Shown here: piece by piece, positions 28,864-39,172 of the stretch
Numbering within the stretch: the stretch's first letter is position 1
Layout: every line of letters starts with the position of its first letter
Virus record (IMG/VR): IMGVR_UViG_3300042509_001483
Span: 1 to 60,550 of that record
Length of the DNA stretch: 60,550 nucleotides
DNA from: a virus
Taxonomy: Duplodnaviria; Caudoviricetes
Direction: 5' to 3' (one strand)
Position numbers and translations under genes: made by a program
Notes under the pieces: model-generated
The model's input: only the letters and a program-made list of their open reading frames with translations
Database searches by the model: none
What the model was told of the DNA's origin: nothing

Positions 28864-29469
28864 CTATTCTTCGAGTTGCATATGAGCCCAGACGCTCATT
28901 GAGGCTTCTTCCAAGGGAACTTCAATTGGATCATCTTTGAAAATGGTAAGAAGCTCACGTATAGCACGATCCGCACCAGCCATAAGCAAGCCCTTGCGAT
29001 CCTTATTGGCCGTGCTCAGTTCAACTTGTGCAATGGTCCCACGCAATTCTTTTTGCATGCCAGCGATACGTGCAACGCCGGCGTCACGTTTAACAATGCC
29101 GTCATCAACGTCCGCACGAAGCTTACGAATATCTTCCTGCATCTCTTCAATTTCATTCAAAAGAACTGCCCTGTGATCAGGCTTGGGATAGTTCTTTTGA
29201 ACCCATAGATCACAACCTGCAATGCTGCCAGTGTAACCAAGGAAGCGGGCGTAAAGATAGCACTCAATTACCGAATAGTTTTCAGAGCAAAAACCCGTGA
29301 ACGCTTCTTCGGTTGGTGCATCAAGATTATCGACCCATTGGCCGAAGATCTCAATATCGATATGCCCTTTGGGACTGATTATAGTCTCGTGCTTCGTCTT
29401 CCTGAGCGAAGCGCTGGGCTTGAGCTGCTGTCTCACGTTGTTGTTCACCAGAGGTTCCAATGGTTGCAC
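28864..29469 (-). CDS. Helical protein, candidate terminase small subunit; start uncertain
   Basis: Coiled-coil protein upstream of terL; only GTG/TTG starts, inside the upstream gene. Confidence 0.45.
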   Translation of the reverse strand: MQPLEPLVNNNVRQQLKPSASLRKTKHETIISPKGHIDIEIFGQWVDNLDAPTEEAFTGFCSENYSVIECYLYARFLGYTGSIAGCDLWVQKNYPKPDHRAVLLNEIEEMQEDIRKLRADVDDGIVKRDAGVARIAGMQKELRGTIAQVELSTANKDRKGLLMAGADRAIRELLTIFKDDPIEVPLEEASMSVWAHMQLEE

Positions 29470-29647
29470 GTTGCTGAGCGCCTTCTTCCTTCATCTTTTC
29501 CTTGGTAGAACCAACGGAAACATCTTGGAAAATCTTAACGGCAGACGCAGCTTTACGAGCCTTATCCTCGTCAAACAGTAGATCGTATGGATCAAGATTT
29601 TCGGGTGTCTCCCAATCAGATGGGGTACCCGTATAGGAGGATGTCAT
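29351..29647 (-). CDS. Hypothetical protein
   Basis: ORF track. Confidence 0.6.
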   Translation of the reverse strand: MTSSYTGTPSDWETPENLDPYDLLFDEDKARKAASAVKIFQDVSVGSTKEKMKEEGAQQRATIGTSGEQQRETAAQAQRFAQEDEARDYNQSQRAYRY

Positions 29648-29814
29648 TTTTGAACCTCTTCTTTTTCAGGGCCAAACGCTGACTCGTCTTCCTTGTCCTC
29701 AGGTTTTACCTTGGACTCAAGCTTGTTCTTTGCGTAGCGATAGGCTACGTCTGCAGCCTGCCGATATCGGTTGAGTTCAGCTTGTTCAGTTGAGCCAGCG
29801 TTGTCGCCCTTCAT
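29644..29814 (-). CDS. Hypothetical protein (56 aa)
   Basis: MKGDNAGSTEQAELNRYRQAADVAYRYAKNKLE...; ATGA coupling to the next gene. Confidence 0.6.
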   Translation of the reverse strand: MKGDNAGSTEQAELNRYRQAADVAYRYAKNKLESKVKPEDKEDESAFGPEKEEVQK

Positions 29815-29818
29815 GTCA

Positions 29819-30097
29819 TCAGAAATTAGTCATCATGCTGGCGAGACCACCGGCCATGACGTCGCGTTGGCGAGCACGGTTACCTTGAGCAGCCTGACGC
29901 ATCTTGGAACCTTCCAGACGACCGATAAGAGTCTCAAAGTCCTGAAGCTCGGCACGCGACATGCCACCACCGTATTCACGGGAGCCAATGGAATTGATGA
30001 GTTCCGTAGCTTCGGCATCAGTCATGCCTTCAGCAAGGAGCTGTGCTTTGGTGGGGCGGCTGCGATTGCCAGCGGCAGGATTCACGCTGTAAGTCAT
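29819..30097 (-). CDS. Hypothetical protein
   Basis: AAAGGA upstream; ORF track. Confidence 0.65.
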   Translation of the reverse strand: MTYSVNPAAGNRSRPTKAQLLAEGMTDAEATELINSIGSREYGGGMSRAELQDFETLIGRLEGSKMRQAAQGNRARQRDVMAGGLASMMTNF

Positions 30098-30138
30098 GTG
30101 TCCTTTAAGAGGTATAAAGATATTTTAGTACAAACAAC

Positions 30139-30831
30139 TTAGAAGTTGAATGCACCCATGATGCTAGAGAACATATTTGAACCCCGTTCGATATTGGCAA
30201 TGTTCTTGTAGCCAGCATTAACAATGCCTTGGAGATCTAGCTTTCCTTTTACTTCTGCACCCGTGACAGCAAGATTGTTTTCATTTATGAGTTTTTGGCG
30301 TTCAGTCTGACCAGCTTGGCGGAGCTGCTCAATCTGGCGCTGCATGTCCAGATTAGCTTTATCTAATCCTGCTTCATATTCAAGGTCAGTAACATAACCT
30401 TCGGGCACTTCCGATAAAACATCATTAGTGCCGATACCTCTCTCATTTAGAATGTCTTCAAAAACTTGATGAGTAGCAGCGACATCAGAATCTGCTTTAG
30501 CCTGAGCAGCTGCCGAAGCTGCGGCTTTAAACGTATCCTTGGCACCTGAACCAATTGCTATATCCTTTCCCCGAACTTTTTGTTGAATTTGAGAAAGATT
30601 GGCAGCAGGAACAGCAGCTTGAATCCTAGTAATATCTCCAGCACCAAAAGTCTTACCTACATCAAAAGATTGACCGGCAACCTTAATAGTTCGGCCTCCT
30701 CCGCCAGGGGATGGGCTGCTTACTCCGCGTGATTGATTAGCAGCCTGTGTAGAAAGAGGGTTTTTACCTCTAGCCGTATTCCCTGCTGGACCGCGATCAT
30801 TTTTTTTCGCTGGAGCGTTTTTCTTAGACAT
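30139..30831 (-). CDS. Putative internal virion or ejection protein
   Basis: A/G/Q-rich helical protein in a run of similar genes. Confidence 0.5.
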   Translation of the reverse strand: MSKKNAPAKKNDRGPAGNTARGKNPLSTQAANQSRGVSSPSPGGGGRTIKVAGQSFDVGKTFGAGDITRIQAAVPAANLSQIQQKVRGKDIAIGSGAKDTFKAAASAAAQAKADSDVAATHQVFEDILNERGIGTNDVLSEVPEGYVTDLEYEAGLDKANLDMQRQIEQLRQAGQTERQKLINENNLAVTGAEVKGKLDLQGIVNAGYKNIANIERGSNMFSSIMGAFNF

Positions 30832-30837
30832 TTTTGA

Positions 30838-31452
30838 TCACCCTAAAATCATTTGTGCAACAGTATTAGCAGAGCCAGGCCTAAATACTTTAAAGCCACG
30901 AATTCTTTCGCCGCTTTCAGATACCGGCATCGGACCAAATCTTTGCTCCCATTCAATATCACCCGGTGTTTTTGCTTTACCAGATGCAATTAGATCGCTA
31001 CGCACAATATCCGAAAGAGCTTCTGGACTGCGGACGCCAGTTGCTTTAGCAAGATTAATATATTTCTGGAAAGCGTCCTCAGATAGATTTAAACCTTGCT
31101 GCCCATAAGCATAAGAGGCTACATCACGATATGGACCAGACTCAAAATCAATAGGTGTTTTGTAACTTTTTGCTAATCGTTTTTCAATGAAGGGAGAAGC
31201 AAACTTGCCAACATAGCTTTGAAGAAAAGCTTCTTTAGCACCAGGAGAGCCATAGGTTGCGGCTTCTTTTAAGATCGCTTGTTTCTGTGATTTTGTAGGC
31301 TTTATTTGTTTTTCAGCATAGCCACCAAGTAACTCCATGAGCTTTGAAGGCTCATAGGTAGGTACGTCATTTCCTCCGAAAAGACCGCCTAATAATGAGC
31401 CACCTGCGCTAGAGGCGAGGCCAGCTCCAATTGCAGCCAATGGGAAAGCCAT
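30838..31452 (-). CDS. Putative internal virion protein
   Basis: N-terminal AAIGAGLASSAGGSLLGGLFGG, typical of pilot/ejection proteins. Confidence 0.55.
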   Translation of the reverse strand: MAFPLAAIGAGLASSAGGSLLGGLFGGNDVPTYEPSKLMELLGGYAEKQIKPTKSQKQAILKEAATYGSPGAKEAFLQSYVGKFASPFIEKRLAKSYKTPIDFESGPYRDVASYAYGQQGLNLSEDAFQKYINLAKATGVRSPEALSDIVRSDLIASGKAKTPGDIEWEQRFGPMPVSESGERIRGFKVFRPGSANTVAQMILG

Positions 31453-31500
31453 TTATTTTATAAAACCTTACACGTTATCTGTATTTTAACCGAAATGATT

Positions 31501-31971
31501 TTATACAGGAGAATACGAGAAAGCGCCAAAACTGCCATATTTACCTGCAAGGTCTGGCAGATTAGCCTTAGCCAAAGAAAGCCTGTACGGCCCTATGTTA
31601 TTTGCAACCTGTGCTCCACGAATTGGACCTAATAAAGAACTAGATTGATTCCATTTTTGCGCTAAAATGTCTTTACCAACCCCAGCATCAAACATTGCGT
31701 TTTGAGCCGCAAATTGATTCTGGGCTGCAGCGTTTAAATTCTTTTGTTTAATAGCATCGGCAAATGATTGCGCGGCGTTAAGGCCCATCATCATGCCGCC
31801 CATGTTGCCGAATGCGCCAGTTGCAACATTACCGCCGTAAGAAGGGGCAGCACCACCAAAGCTACCAACATTCAGACCGCCGTAACCGCCAAAGGGATTG
31901 TTTCCTAAATTGGCACCAATAGCGCCAAAAACACCATTGTTATCAACTCCAAAACCACTATTCCAGCTCAT
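31501..31971 (-). CDS. Gly-rich putative internal virion protein
   Basis: ORF track. Confidence 0.55.
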   Translation of the reverse strand: MSWNSGFGVDNNGVFGAIGANLGNNPFGGYGGLNVGSFGGAAPSYGGNVATGAFGNMGGMMMGLNAAQSFADAIKQKNLNAAAQNQFAAQNAMFDAGVGKDILAQKWNQSSSLLGPIRGAQVANNIGPYRLSLAKANLPDLAGKYGSFGAFSYSPV

Positions 31972-31974
31972 GAT

Positions 31975-32409
31975 TTAAAGGCTCACGTAACTACGATTGG
32001 AAAAAGGAATGGCTCGATCAATACCCCGTTGAATGGTCTGCATGGTCTCGGGAAGGTAATAATGACCAGCAAGACGTGCGTCGCTCATTCTTTGAGGGAA
32101 ATTTACAAAACCAGCAAAAAGGCTGGACTCCATTCCAAGGCGTTGATTCTCTTTTGCAATCTCCCTTTGATACGGGCCAATCACATCAAGCATTTCCTTG
32201 ATGCGTTGTGGATCAGACGCTTGTGAACGCTGTTGCTCAAGCAGGTATGCCATGGCACCAAGATCGCTACCAAATGCATCCTTGTATTGCTGGATGCGAT
32301 CTTTATCAAAGTTTAGAAACCGGCCAGCAACTGGTGTCGGGCTTGGTTGTGCGGCACCAAAACCTGAAACATTTAGTTGACCGTAGCTAGGAGTATTCAT
32401 TGTGATCAC
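31975..32409 (-). CDS. Hypothetical protein
   Basis: ORF track; overlaps the upstream stop. Confidence 0.55.
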   Translation of the reverse strand: MITMNTPSYGQLNVSGFGAAQPSPTPVAGRFLNFDKDRIQQYKDAFGSDLGAMAYLLEQQRSQASDPQRIKEMLDVIGPYQREIAKENQRLGMESSLFAGFVNFPQRMSDARLAGHYYLPETMQTIQRGIDRAIPFSNRSYVSL

Positions 32410-33299
32410 CCAAAGCGAATTTGAGGAGCTTGGATAGTAGAGCCTGCGTACGGATTATTGGTCAATGCTGTTTGCGTTAAACCGTAACTACCAGCTTGTG
32501 CGCCTTGTGCCAGGGAACCGGCAGTGGCTAACACGCCAAGTTGGCCTTGGATATTACCTTGAAGTGCCATTGCTGATTGGTAACGAATGAAATCATTGCG
32601 CTTAGCTTTTTCAATCTCAGGCGCCATTGCCTTGAATTGGTCAACTTGAGCTTGGTTATAGAACTGAGTCAAATCTTTGATGTTGCTTGTGCGGACACCA
32701 AGTTCACGATTCAACATGCTCAAGTCTTGCTCGGTAATCTTACCGCGCATTGCAAGTTGAGTACTGAAGGAGTCACTACCAGTAGTTGGTTCACCAGTAG
32801 CCTTTTGCTTTGCCGACTCAACACCTTTAGCTGCTGCGCCGGGGAGAAGTGCGCCAAGACCCATCAGACCGTAGCCTGCAACCCTAGCAAGAGGATGAGG
32901 TGCCATCGCCAGTCCTGTACCGACAGCGCTCAATGCCCCTGGAGCAAGAGCACCTAAAGCACCTGCAGGACGACCGGCTTCAAGTTCAGAGAGAGCAGTT
33001 GTTGCGCCTGGTACAAGAGAAGCCGCTCCAATCGCAACTGGTGCGTATTTGCCATATTTACCAAGGAATTGCTGAGCAGCTTCTTTGCCTCGACCTATGG
33101 CTTGTCCTGTGGCATCCACCCCTTGCCGAAACGTTTGTCTAGCTTGTTGTTGAAGATCAGTTCGTGGGCCAATCGGTGTTGCGCCACGGGGATTCAATGC
33201 TTCAGGTGGAAGTTCACCAGCCAGTACACGTGCACGAAGGTTCGGATCGTATACTTCTTCTGCGCCAGCTTGCAATAAGGCTAACTGTTCCGGTGTCAT
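32406..33299 (-). CDS. Ala/Gly-rich putative ejection protein
   Basis: Hydrophobic GA-rich helices. Confidence 0.55.
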   Translation of the reverse strand: MTPEQLALLQAGAEEVYDPNLRARVLAGELPPEALNPRGATPIGPRTDLQQQARQTFRQGVDATGQAIGRGKEAAQQFLGKYGKYAPVAIGAASLVPGATTALSELEAGRPAGALGALAPGALSAVGTGLAMAPHPLARVAGYGLMGLGALLPGAAAKGVESAKQKATGEPTTGSDSFSTQLAMRGKITEQDLSMLNRELGVRTSNIKDLTQFYNQAQVDQFKAMAPEIEKAKRNDFIRYQSAMALQGNIQGQLGVLATAGSLAQGAQAGSYGLTQTALTNNPYAGSTIQAPQIRFG

Positions 33300-33331
33300 T
33301 TATAAATAGGACCTTATTTAAATAAATTCTA

Positions 33332-34261
33332 TCACTGCATTATTTCATACTGACCGATGGTTGGTAGTTTTTGCTCAGTTGCTTTTGCGGCAAGTGCGGT
33401 GTTAGCTAAGTTGCCTGCGATGATGCCAGCACCAGAACCTAATGCAGCGCCTGCTAAGCCACGCTTGAAGGAACCTCCCAATTTGGGAGCAGTCCGTATC
33501 GCAGCAGCAGCGCCCGCAATACCACCAACAGCCGTGGTAACAGAAGGAATAGTCACTGGATAACCAAGGAGCCGAGCTTCTGGTACGCCTTCTAAGTTCT
33601 CAGGTGTTGCTTTTAGGATGCCAAGGAATCCCTTGTCTTGATAGTAGTTGCGTAGGTAATTGCCGTAGCGTTCAGGTGTTAAGGAGGGAATATCTTTTTG
33701 TGCTTCTTCGTATGCAAGAGGGCGTCCTGTGCGGCCAAGGAAAAAACGTTCAAACAGTTCAGGTACGGGCTGTGTTGTTTCTCTGCGATCTTCTGAACCT
33801 TCACCTGCATACGCTTGAGCAAAACCCTTTGGCCTAAACATTTCACCAGGATTGGCAATGTTGTATGCACCGGCAAGAGCAGTAGCGGGTACAACAATAC
33901 TGGCAGTAATAAGACCTGTCTTTGCGGGTCCCAGGGCTTCGTATGCCTCTTTACCAATGGCAGCCTTGGCGCCTGTCTCCAAGATTGCTAGGGGGTGGTT
34001 ATAACGCCAATAGATGCCGCGTGTTCCGTCATTTGTGACATCAGTCATCAGACGGGTCGCAAAAGCACCTACGGCTTGAACAGGTGTTTCAGAAAGAGAA
34101 ACACCTAACTTTTTAAGGTTTTGGTGGTACTCACCACGAAGACCTGGAGCACTTTTAAGAATCGTTGGATTGCGCTCACCCTGCAAGTAAGCAAGGCGAC
34201 TAGCTTCAGCGCTTTTGCTTGCACCAGTGGAAAGGTCATTGAGTAGCTGCTGGAACCCCAT
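33332..34261 (-). CDS. Putative internal virion protein
   Basis: 309 aa; glycine-zipper-like C-terminus. Confidence 0.55.
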   Translation of the reverse strand: MGFQQLLNDLSTGASKSAEASRLAYLQGERNPTILKSAPGLRGEYHQNLKKLGVSLSETPVQAVGAFATRLMTDVTNDGTRGIYWRYNHPLAILETGAKAAIGKEAYEALGPAKTGLITASIVVPATALAGAYNIANPGEMFRPKGFAQAYAGEGSEDRRETTQPVPELFERFFLGRTGRPLAYEEAQKDIPSLTPERYGNYLRNYYQDKGFLGILKATPENLEGVPEARLLGYPVTIPSVTTAVGGIAGAAAAIRTAPKLGGSFKRGLAGAALGSGAGIIAGNLANTALAAKATEQKLPTIGQYEIMQ

Positions 34262-34782
34262 TACACCACGCCTCCCATAGTTTGTTGAATTAAAGCTTGA
34301 TCTTCAGGGCTTAAGTATTGAGTCCAGTTATTGCGTTGATTTAAAAGCTGTTGAAAATTTTCAGGGTCAGGCATTCCTGCCATTTGAAAATTAGTGCCAG
34401 GGGATAGGAGCTGTCCTTGTCCCAGGTTATTAACTAAAGCACGTTGCTCAACTTGTTGCGCAATCTGTTGAGATTGTGGTGCCAATGCCTGATTACCGTA
34501 AAGCAAGTTACTTGCAACAAGAGTAGATCCAAGAGATGCTCCAATATTTGCTGTGTTTTCTGCTGCACCCCTGATCCAAGGTGTCTTTACATTACGCGTC
34601 AAAGCACGGGCTGCCATTGTTGCTGGGAAAGCAGCCGCTGCGTCCGCAAGGCCATAGGTCAGTGCTGCGCCAGGGCCTTCAAGCATACCAAATCCCCCGG
34701 CCAGTAAACTGCCGGGGAGAACGGACTTTGCAACGTCACCAGCATTGCGTCCAACAAAACTTAATAACCGCTGGAAAGACAC
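34261..34782 (-). CDS. Putative internal virion protein
   Basis: ORF track; TAATG coupling. Confidence 0.55.
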   Translation of the reverse strand: MSFQRLLSFVGRNAGDVAKSVLPGSLLAGGFGMLEGPGAALTYGLADAAAAFPATMAARALTRNVKTPWIRGAAENTANIGASLGSTLVASNLLYGNQALAPQSQQIAQQVEQRALVNNLGQGQLLSPGTNFQMAGMPDPENFQQLLNQRNNWTQYLSPEDQALIQQTMGGVV

Positions 34783-34810
34783 CTATCTACTCTTTTTCTT
34801 TATTATAGAC

Positions 34811-35368
34811 CTAGGCTTTTTCTGGCTCTTCCTTGTTGTCTTCTTCTGAAGGTTTATTAAGTAGTTGAGCAACAGACTTATTGTCTTCCACCTCATTTAA
34901 TGCACGCTTCTCTGCTGATGCCATCATATAACCCTTGGGATCAGGGTTGGTCATACGTGGCATTGGATTACTTGCGCGCTTATCTGGATTAACGGTCGGA
35001 CTAATGCGATAAGCTTCTACCCACACAGGAGAAAAGCCTGGCTGGTCTTCAGGACGCAAGGCTGTCAAAGCACGCCCTTCATTAAAGTCATAACTTTCGT
35101 TGCGTACAAAACGACCGATGTCAGCAAACACCTCATATTCTTCTGGTGTTTTACCAACAAAATTAAGGCCAGGGTTAAGTCTTAACTTACGTGTTTGAAT
35201 GCGACGCAATAAGTCCGATTGCTCGAATCGACTTGGCATCCACGGTGCGGCACCACTGGATGGCTTAGATGCAAAAGAATCGTCAAAGTTAACTTGACGT
35301 TTTTTAAGAAAAGGATCTTTTGTGTAATCAATATAACGATCTAAAGCTAAGCGATGATCCTTTGCCAT
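34811..35368 (-). CDS. Hypothetical protein
   Basis: ORF track; TAATG coupling. Confidence 0.6.
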   Translation of the reverse strand: MAKDHRLALDRYIDYTKDPFLKKRQVNFDDSFASKPSSGAAPWMPSRFEQSDLLRRIQTRKLRLNPGLNFVGKTPEEYEVFADIGRFVRNESYDFNEGRALTALRPEDQPGFSPVWVEAYRISPTVNPDKRASNPMPRMTNPDPKGYMMASAEKRALNEVEDNKSVAQLLNKPSEEDNKEEPEKA

Positions 35369-35583
35369 TACTTCTTATCTTTACGTTTTTTCAATCCTAC
35401 CAACGTCTGACGAAGCCGTGCTTGTTTCACTGTTTTTTCATCGTACTCATCTGGATTGGATAGCACGTTTTCCTGGAGTTGAGCAGTGGTAATGCCTTTG
35501 CGTTTTGCTTTAGCAGTAAAGGCCCCCTCCTTCATCTCCATGCCTTGAATCCACTTTTTGTCTTTCTTTTTCTTTTCAGTCAT
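35368..35583 (-). CDS. Small basic conserved phage protein
   Basis: KKWIQ..MKEGAFTAKAKRKG...KQARL.QTL. Confidence 0.7.
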   Translation of the reverse strand: MTEKKKKDKKWIQGMEMKEGAFTAKAKRKGITTAQLQENVLSNPDEYDEKTVKQARLRQTLVGLKKRKDKK

Positions 35584-35585
35584 AT

Positions 35586-38500
35586 TTAACCCCTTTGGAA
35601 AAATACATTACGTTGTTTGGGCCTCGTAACTTGACTCAGTGGAACCAATTTACCTTGTCTACGAACGAGACGTTCTTGAGGTTGATTAGCTGCAAGTTGA
35701 GCAGCTTCTTGTTGTAAGGTACGTTCATAAAAATCAAGTGTTGGGTTAGGGCTGTACCCACGCTCGTTTAAGGGAGAACCTTCCAGGACACCTGGAATTA
35801 CAGGCTGCCTAGAACCACCGGTAGACGGTACTTGAGGAGCAGCGGAAACACTAGTTGGGCCAGAAGGAAGATTGCGACGTTGTGCTGCCTGATCCATGAG
35901 CTGTCTACCAAACTGCTGTAATTGTCCACCGGTTAGTCCGTAGCGTTGAATGGTTTGGGACTCGGTTAGATTTCCAAGGCCTGCATTAATAATACCAAGA
36001 TTTCCGCTGAGATTTAAAGCACCTGCTTTAACACGTCCACCGGGAGTAAGATTTGCAGCTAATGCAAACCTATTACGTTCTTGTTGTTGACGTGGTGATG
36101 TCGGCTCAAGATCAACTGTTAATTGAGGATCTGTGTATTGATAATTACCAGAAATAACACGTGATGCGGGTCCCATGGCAGGTGCGGCAGGTCCTGTATA
36201 AGGATTTTGTGTCCGCGCAAAAGAACCAATATTCATAGTCGAGACTTGCTGGCGGCCAATAACATTTCCTGTTCTCGGGTCTCTGACAGGAACAGTGCGC
36301 ATGCCTTCACCCGTTTGGGGCGTTGACATTTGATTACGCAAGGCAGTCATTAAATTACCAGTGGGGGTGCCTGCTACCAAGGGTGAGGCCAATACTCCAA
36401 TAGGATTGGAAACCGCGCCAATCATTGAAGATGCCGGGATGTCAAGAGTTTTACCTAACTGCATGACTTTAGATTGAGAAGCCGTATCAACGCGTGGTGT
36501 GTAATAAGAAACACTACCTTTTTCGTATTCATCCGCAATGGTCATTGGATCAACACCCCCGCCGCCGGTTACGTCATATTTTCCGGGAACTGCAACTTTC
36601 TTGCCAGTGGTCTGATAAATGACATAACCACCTCTATTGGTCATGATCTTGCCTTGGTCATCCCTGAGCGGAATTCGCTGTCCAGTATTAGGATCAATTA
36701 AAAATTGTTCACCAAAGACAGGTGTATTTTTCTCTGTCTTAAGTAAATTCATTGCAAAAGTACTTGCTTCCTTATTTAAGCGTTGCGCACCGGTTACTTT
36801 ATCGATATCCGGCTTTAAGAAAGGAAGATCAATCCCTTCATTTTCCATTAACTGTTTATCGAGTTGCTGCGTAATAAATCCTTGGTAATCGTAAGGCTCG
36901 CCAATCTCGGCCAATGTTTTACCCTGCGCTCTTCCAAGTTCCAGAGCTTCTGGATTACGTTCTTGAAGGTAACGTAACTTAGCCGATGGATCATTGAAAT
37001 ATGCATTTTTTGCATCCTCTGCATATTGCTGTAACGTCTGACGCGATAATGTCAAAGGGACGGGAGTTGCATCTGGTGGCGTTTCAAACCCAATGCGCCT
37101 CTCTCTTCCTGTTGTCGGATCTATTTGGATAATAGGAGTACGTTTGAAGCCAATCAGGGGTTGCTCACCAACAACTTCAAGGCCAACAGCGGAATATAAT
37201 TTGCCATCAGAGCCACGGATAACCCCGCCTTCTTGACGCCATTCTGTCAAAGGCAGTGTACTAATTGCATCTGATACATTTGATTCCGCCGTTTCAAAAC
37301 CACCCACAAGTCTTGTTCCTTGTGCACTGAGATCTTCCGAGGTCAAACGTCCACCTTGCCGGTAACCCACGTTTTGAGCGCGAAGTTGACGAGCAAAAGG
37401 CATTTCCGGGTTAGCAACAACGTCAAGGCCTGACGTTTGCTGCCCTTCCGCTGTGCGGCGTAATGGAGTGACAACATCGGAAAAACGTTCCTGACGTTCT
37501 GATCCACCGCGTAATCCCGACATTTGTTGAACAGCGCCTGGGATTTGAGTTGTTCCTTGATTGGTGCGCTCGCGGAAAGATTCTGTTTCAATCAAAAGAT
37601 TGCCAACACCTTCTGTGTCTCCATAATCAGTACCCATTTGAGGACCGCGAGACATGTATTCCGTAGGATCTAAATCAGGAATATCTTCTTCCTGTAAGTA
37701 ATTGCCTGTATTTGGATCATAGGTAAAACCAGCTTGTTCTAACTTTTCTTTTTGTTGCAACTGTTTTAAATTAGTTGTATCTGCGTATGTCAAGCCCTGG
37801 CCGCCAACTGTAGCGGTTTGCAGTTCTTCGACGTTTGCTCCAGTCATTGACGCACGTGCACCACCTGCGATCTCCATCGTTGGGTTGATGCTTACTGCAC
37901 CACCACGAACTTGCGGAGTACGCCCCAAGAACTGAGAAAGTGTTAATTGCTCAGGTGTTGCGTACTTACGCACTAACGCAGGATTTTTAATTGCACCAGC
38001 CTCATAAAGGCGATCCGCATTCTCCGACACGTACTTGTTTAAATAAGTATCACGTGCTTCAACTGGACCAAGGGGGATTACATCAGAAAGTTTGACGGAA
38101 GGGTCCAGGAGCATGTCACGTATTTCACGTGGATATGAAGCCGCAGCCATCGTACGCTCCAAGATTTCGTTAGGCGTGAAGCGGTTAACACCAATACCTT
38201 CGCGTGTGGGGGTATCAGAAAATTGACTTAACTGAACACCACGTCCCTGGCGGACATTGATGCCAGATTTACGTAATTGTCTACCAAGGGCCGGAGAAAC
38301 CTCAAGCTCTCCTGTTAAATCTGCAACGGTACGACCGCCACGTTCATAACGCGAGCCAAGAAATTCTTGGGCCTGACGACCACCTTCTTCAAGTAACTCT
38401 TCAAGTTCCCAAGGATTGCCTGATACAACACCCTGGCGTACTTGTGCGACATTAGCAACTTCAGTTGGAAATTGGTTTGTTAACTCTTGAAGACGCGCTT

Positions 38501-39050
38501 CACGGATAATACGGTCAACATCCTGACTGAATAGCTTAAAACCGTTGACTTGACGTTGTTCGGGAATAACTGACAAATTAGTAATAGCTTGATCAAGACC
38601 GCCGTCTACAGCTTCTGTCGCTTGAACAACAACATTAGGGTTTTGCGTTTGTTGAATTGTTGTTAAATCAACAGTTGACCGAGGAATTGCAGTTGGAGCA
38701 CCCCATGGATCAGCCACTTTTGAAGGAGCAGGTGCTGTTGACCGCAAAGGAGTCTCTTTGACCTTGGTAAGATCAGTCAGATTCACGCCCAAGGGGGCTT
38801 GTGGTGTTTTTTGCGCCTCTCGCCCACGTAATGCACGGACGCCAAGGAACCCACCACCTAAAATACCAGCGCCGGCAAGTGCAGCTCCCACAGCACCAAG
38901 GAGATTACCGCCTTGATCAGGGGCTTTGAGCTGATTACGGCGGAATTCCAGGACTTCTGGAGCCATTTCAGCCCTTTCCTCCGGATCTTCTGGTACCGGC
39001 ACCCCGGTTGCACGGCTGTAGGCGTAAAAATCAGCGGGTGCTAGTGCCAT
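35586..39050 (-). CDS. Very large hypothetical protein (1154 aa), probably virion-associated
   Basis: AAAGGA RBS; long ORF heading the minus-strand arm. Confidence 0.65.
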   Translation of the reverse strand: MALAPADFYAYSRATGVPVPEDPEERAEMAPEVLEFRRNQLKAPDQGGNLLGAVGAALAGAGILGGGFLGVRALRGREAQKTPQAPLGVNLTDLTKVKETPLRSTAPAPSKVADPWGAPTAIPRSTVDLTTIQQTQNPNVVVQATEAVDGGLDQAITNLSVIPEQRQVNGFKLFSQDVDRIIREARLQELTNQFPTEVANVAQVRQGVVSGNPWELEELLEEGGRQAQEFLGSRYERGGRTVADLTGELEVSPALGRQLRKSGINVRQGRGVQLSQFSDTPTREGIGVNRFTPNEILERTMAAASYPREIRDMLLDPSVKLSDVIPLGPVEARDTYLNKYVSENADRLYEAGAIKNPALVRKYATPEQLTLSQFLGRTPQVRGGAVSINPTMEIAGGARASMTGANVEELQTATVGGQGLTYADTTNLKQLQQKEKLEQAGFTYDPNTGNYLQEEDIPDLDPTEYMSRGPQMGTDYGDTEGVGNLLIETESFRERTNQGTTQIPGAVQQMSGLRGGSERQERFSDVVTPLRRTAEGQQTSGLDVVANPEMPFARQLRAQNVGYRQGGRLTSEDLSAQGTRLVGGFETAESNVSDAISTLPLTEWRQEGGVIRGSDGKLYSAVGLEVVGEQPLIGFKRTPIIQIDPTTGRERRIGFETPPDATPVPLTLSRQTLQQYAEDAKNAYFNDPSAKLRYLQERNPEALELGRAQGKTLAEIGEPYDYQGFITQQLDKQLMENEGIDLPFLKPDIDKVTGAQRLNKEASTFAMNLLKTEKNTPVFGEQFLIDPNTGQRIPLRDDQGKIMTNRGGYVIYQTTGKKVAVPGKYDVTGGGGVDPMTIADEYEKGSVSYYTPRVDTASQSKVMQLGKTLDIPASSMIGAVSNPIGVLASPLVAGTPTGNLMTALRNQMSTPQTGEGMRTVPVRDPRTGNVIGRQQVSTMNIGSFARTQNPYTGPAAPAMGPASRVISGNYQYTDPQLTVDLEPTSPRQQQERNRFALAANLTPGGRVKAGALNLSGNLGIINAGLGNLTESQTIQRYGLTGGQLQQFGRQLMDQAAQRRNLPSGPTSVSAAPQVPSTGGSRQPVIPGVLEGSPLNERGYSPNPTLDFYERTLQQEAAQLAANQPQERLVRRQGKLVPLSQVTRPKQRNVFFQRG

Positions 39051-39078
39051 GGGTCCTTTATTTACTTATGTGATCCTG

Positions 39079-39092
39079 TTATCTGTATTTTA
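39079..39092 (-). promoter_or_regulatory. Putative late promoter motif TAAAATACAGATAA (identical copy at 31475-31488)
   Basis: Same 14-mer about 22-28 nt upstream of two minus-strand starts; contains a -10-like TAAAAT. Confidence 0.5.
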
Positions 39093-39172
39093 GGGTATTA
39101 AAACGCACGTAGATGCGTTAAAGTAGTAGCAGAAGACGTAAAAATACCCTGAATCTAGGGCGTTAACACAAG

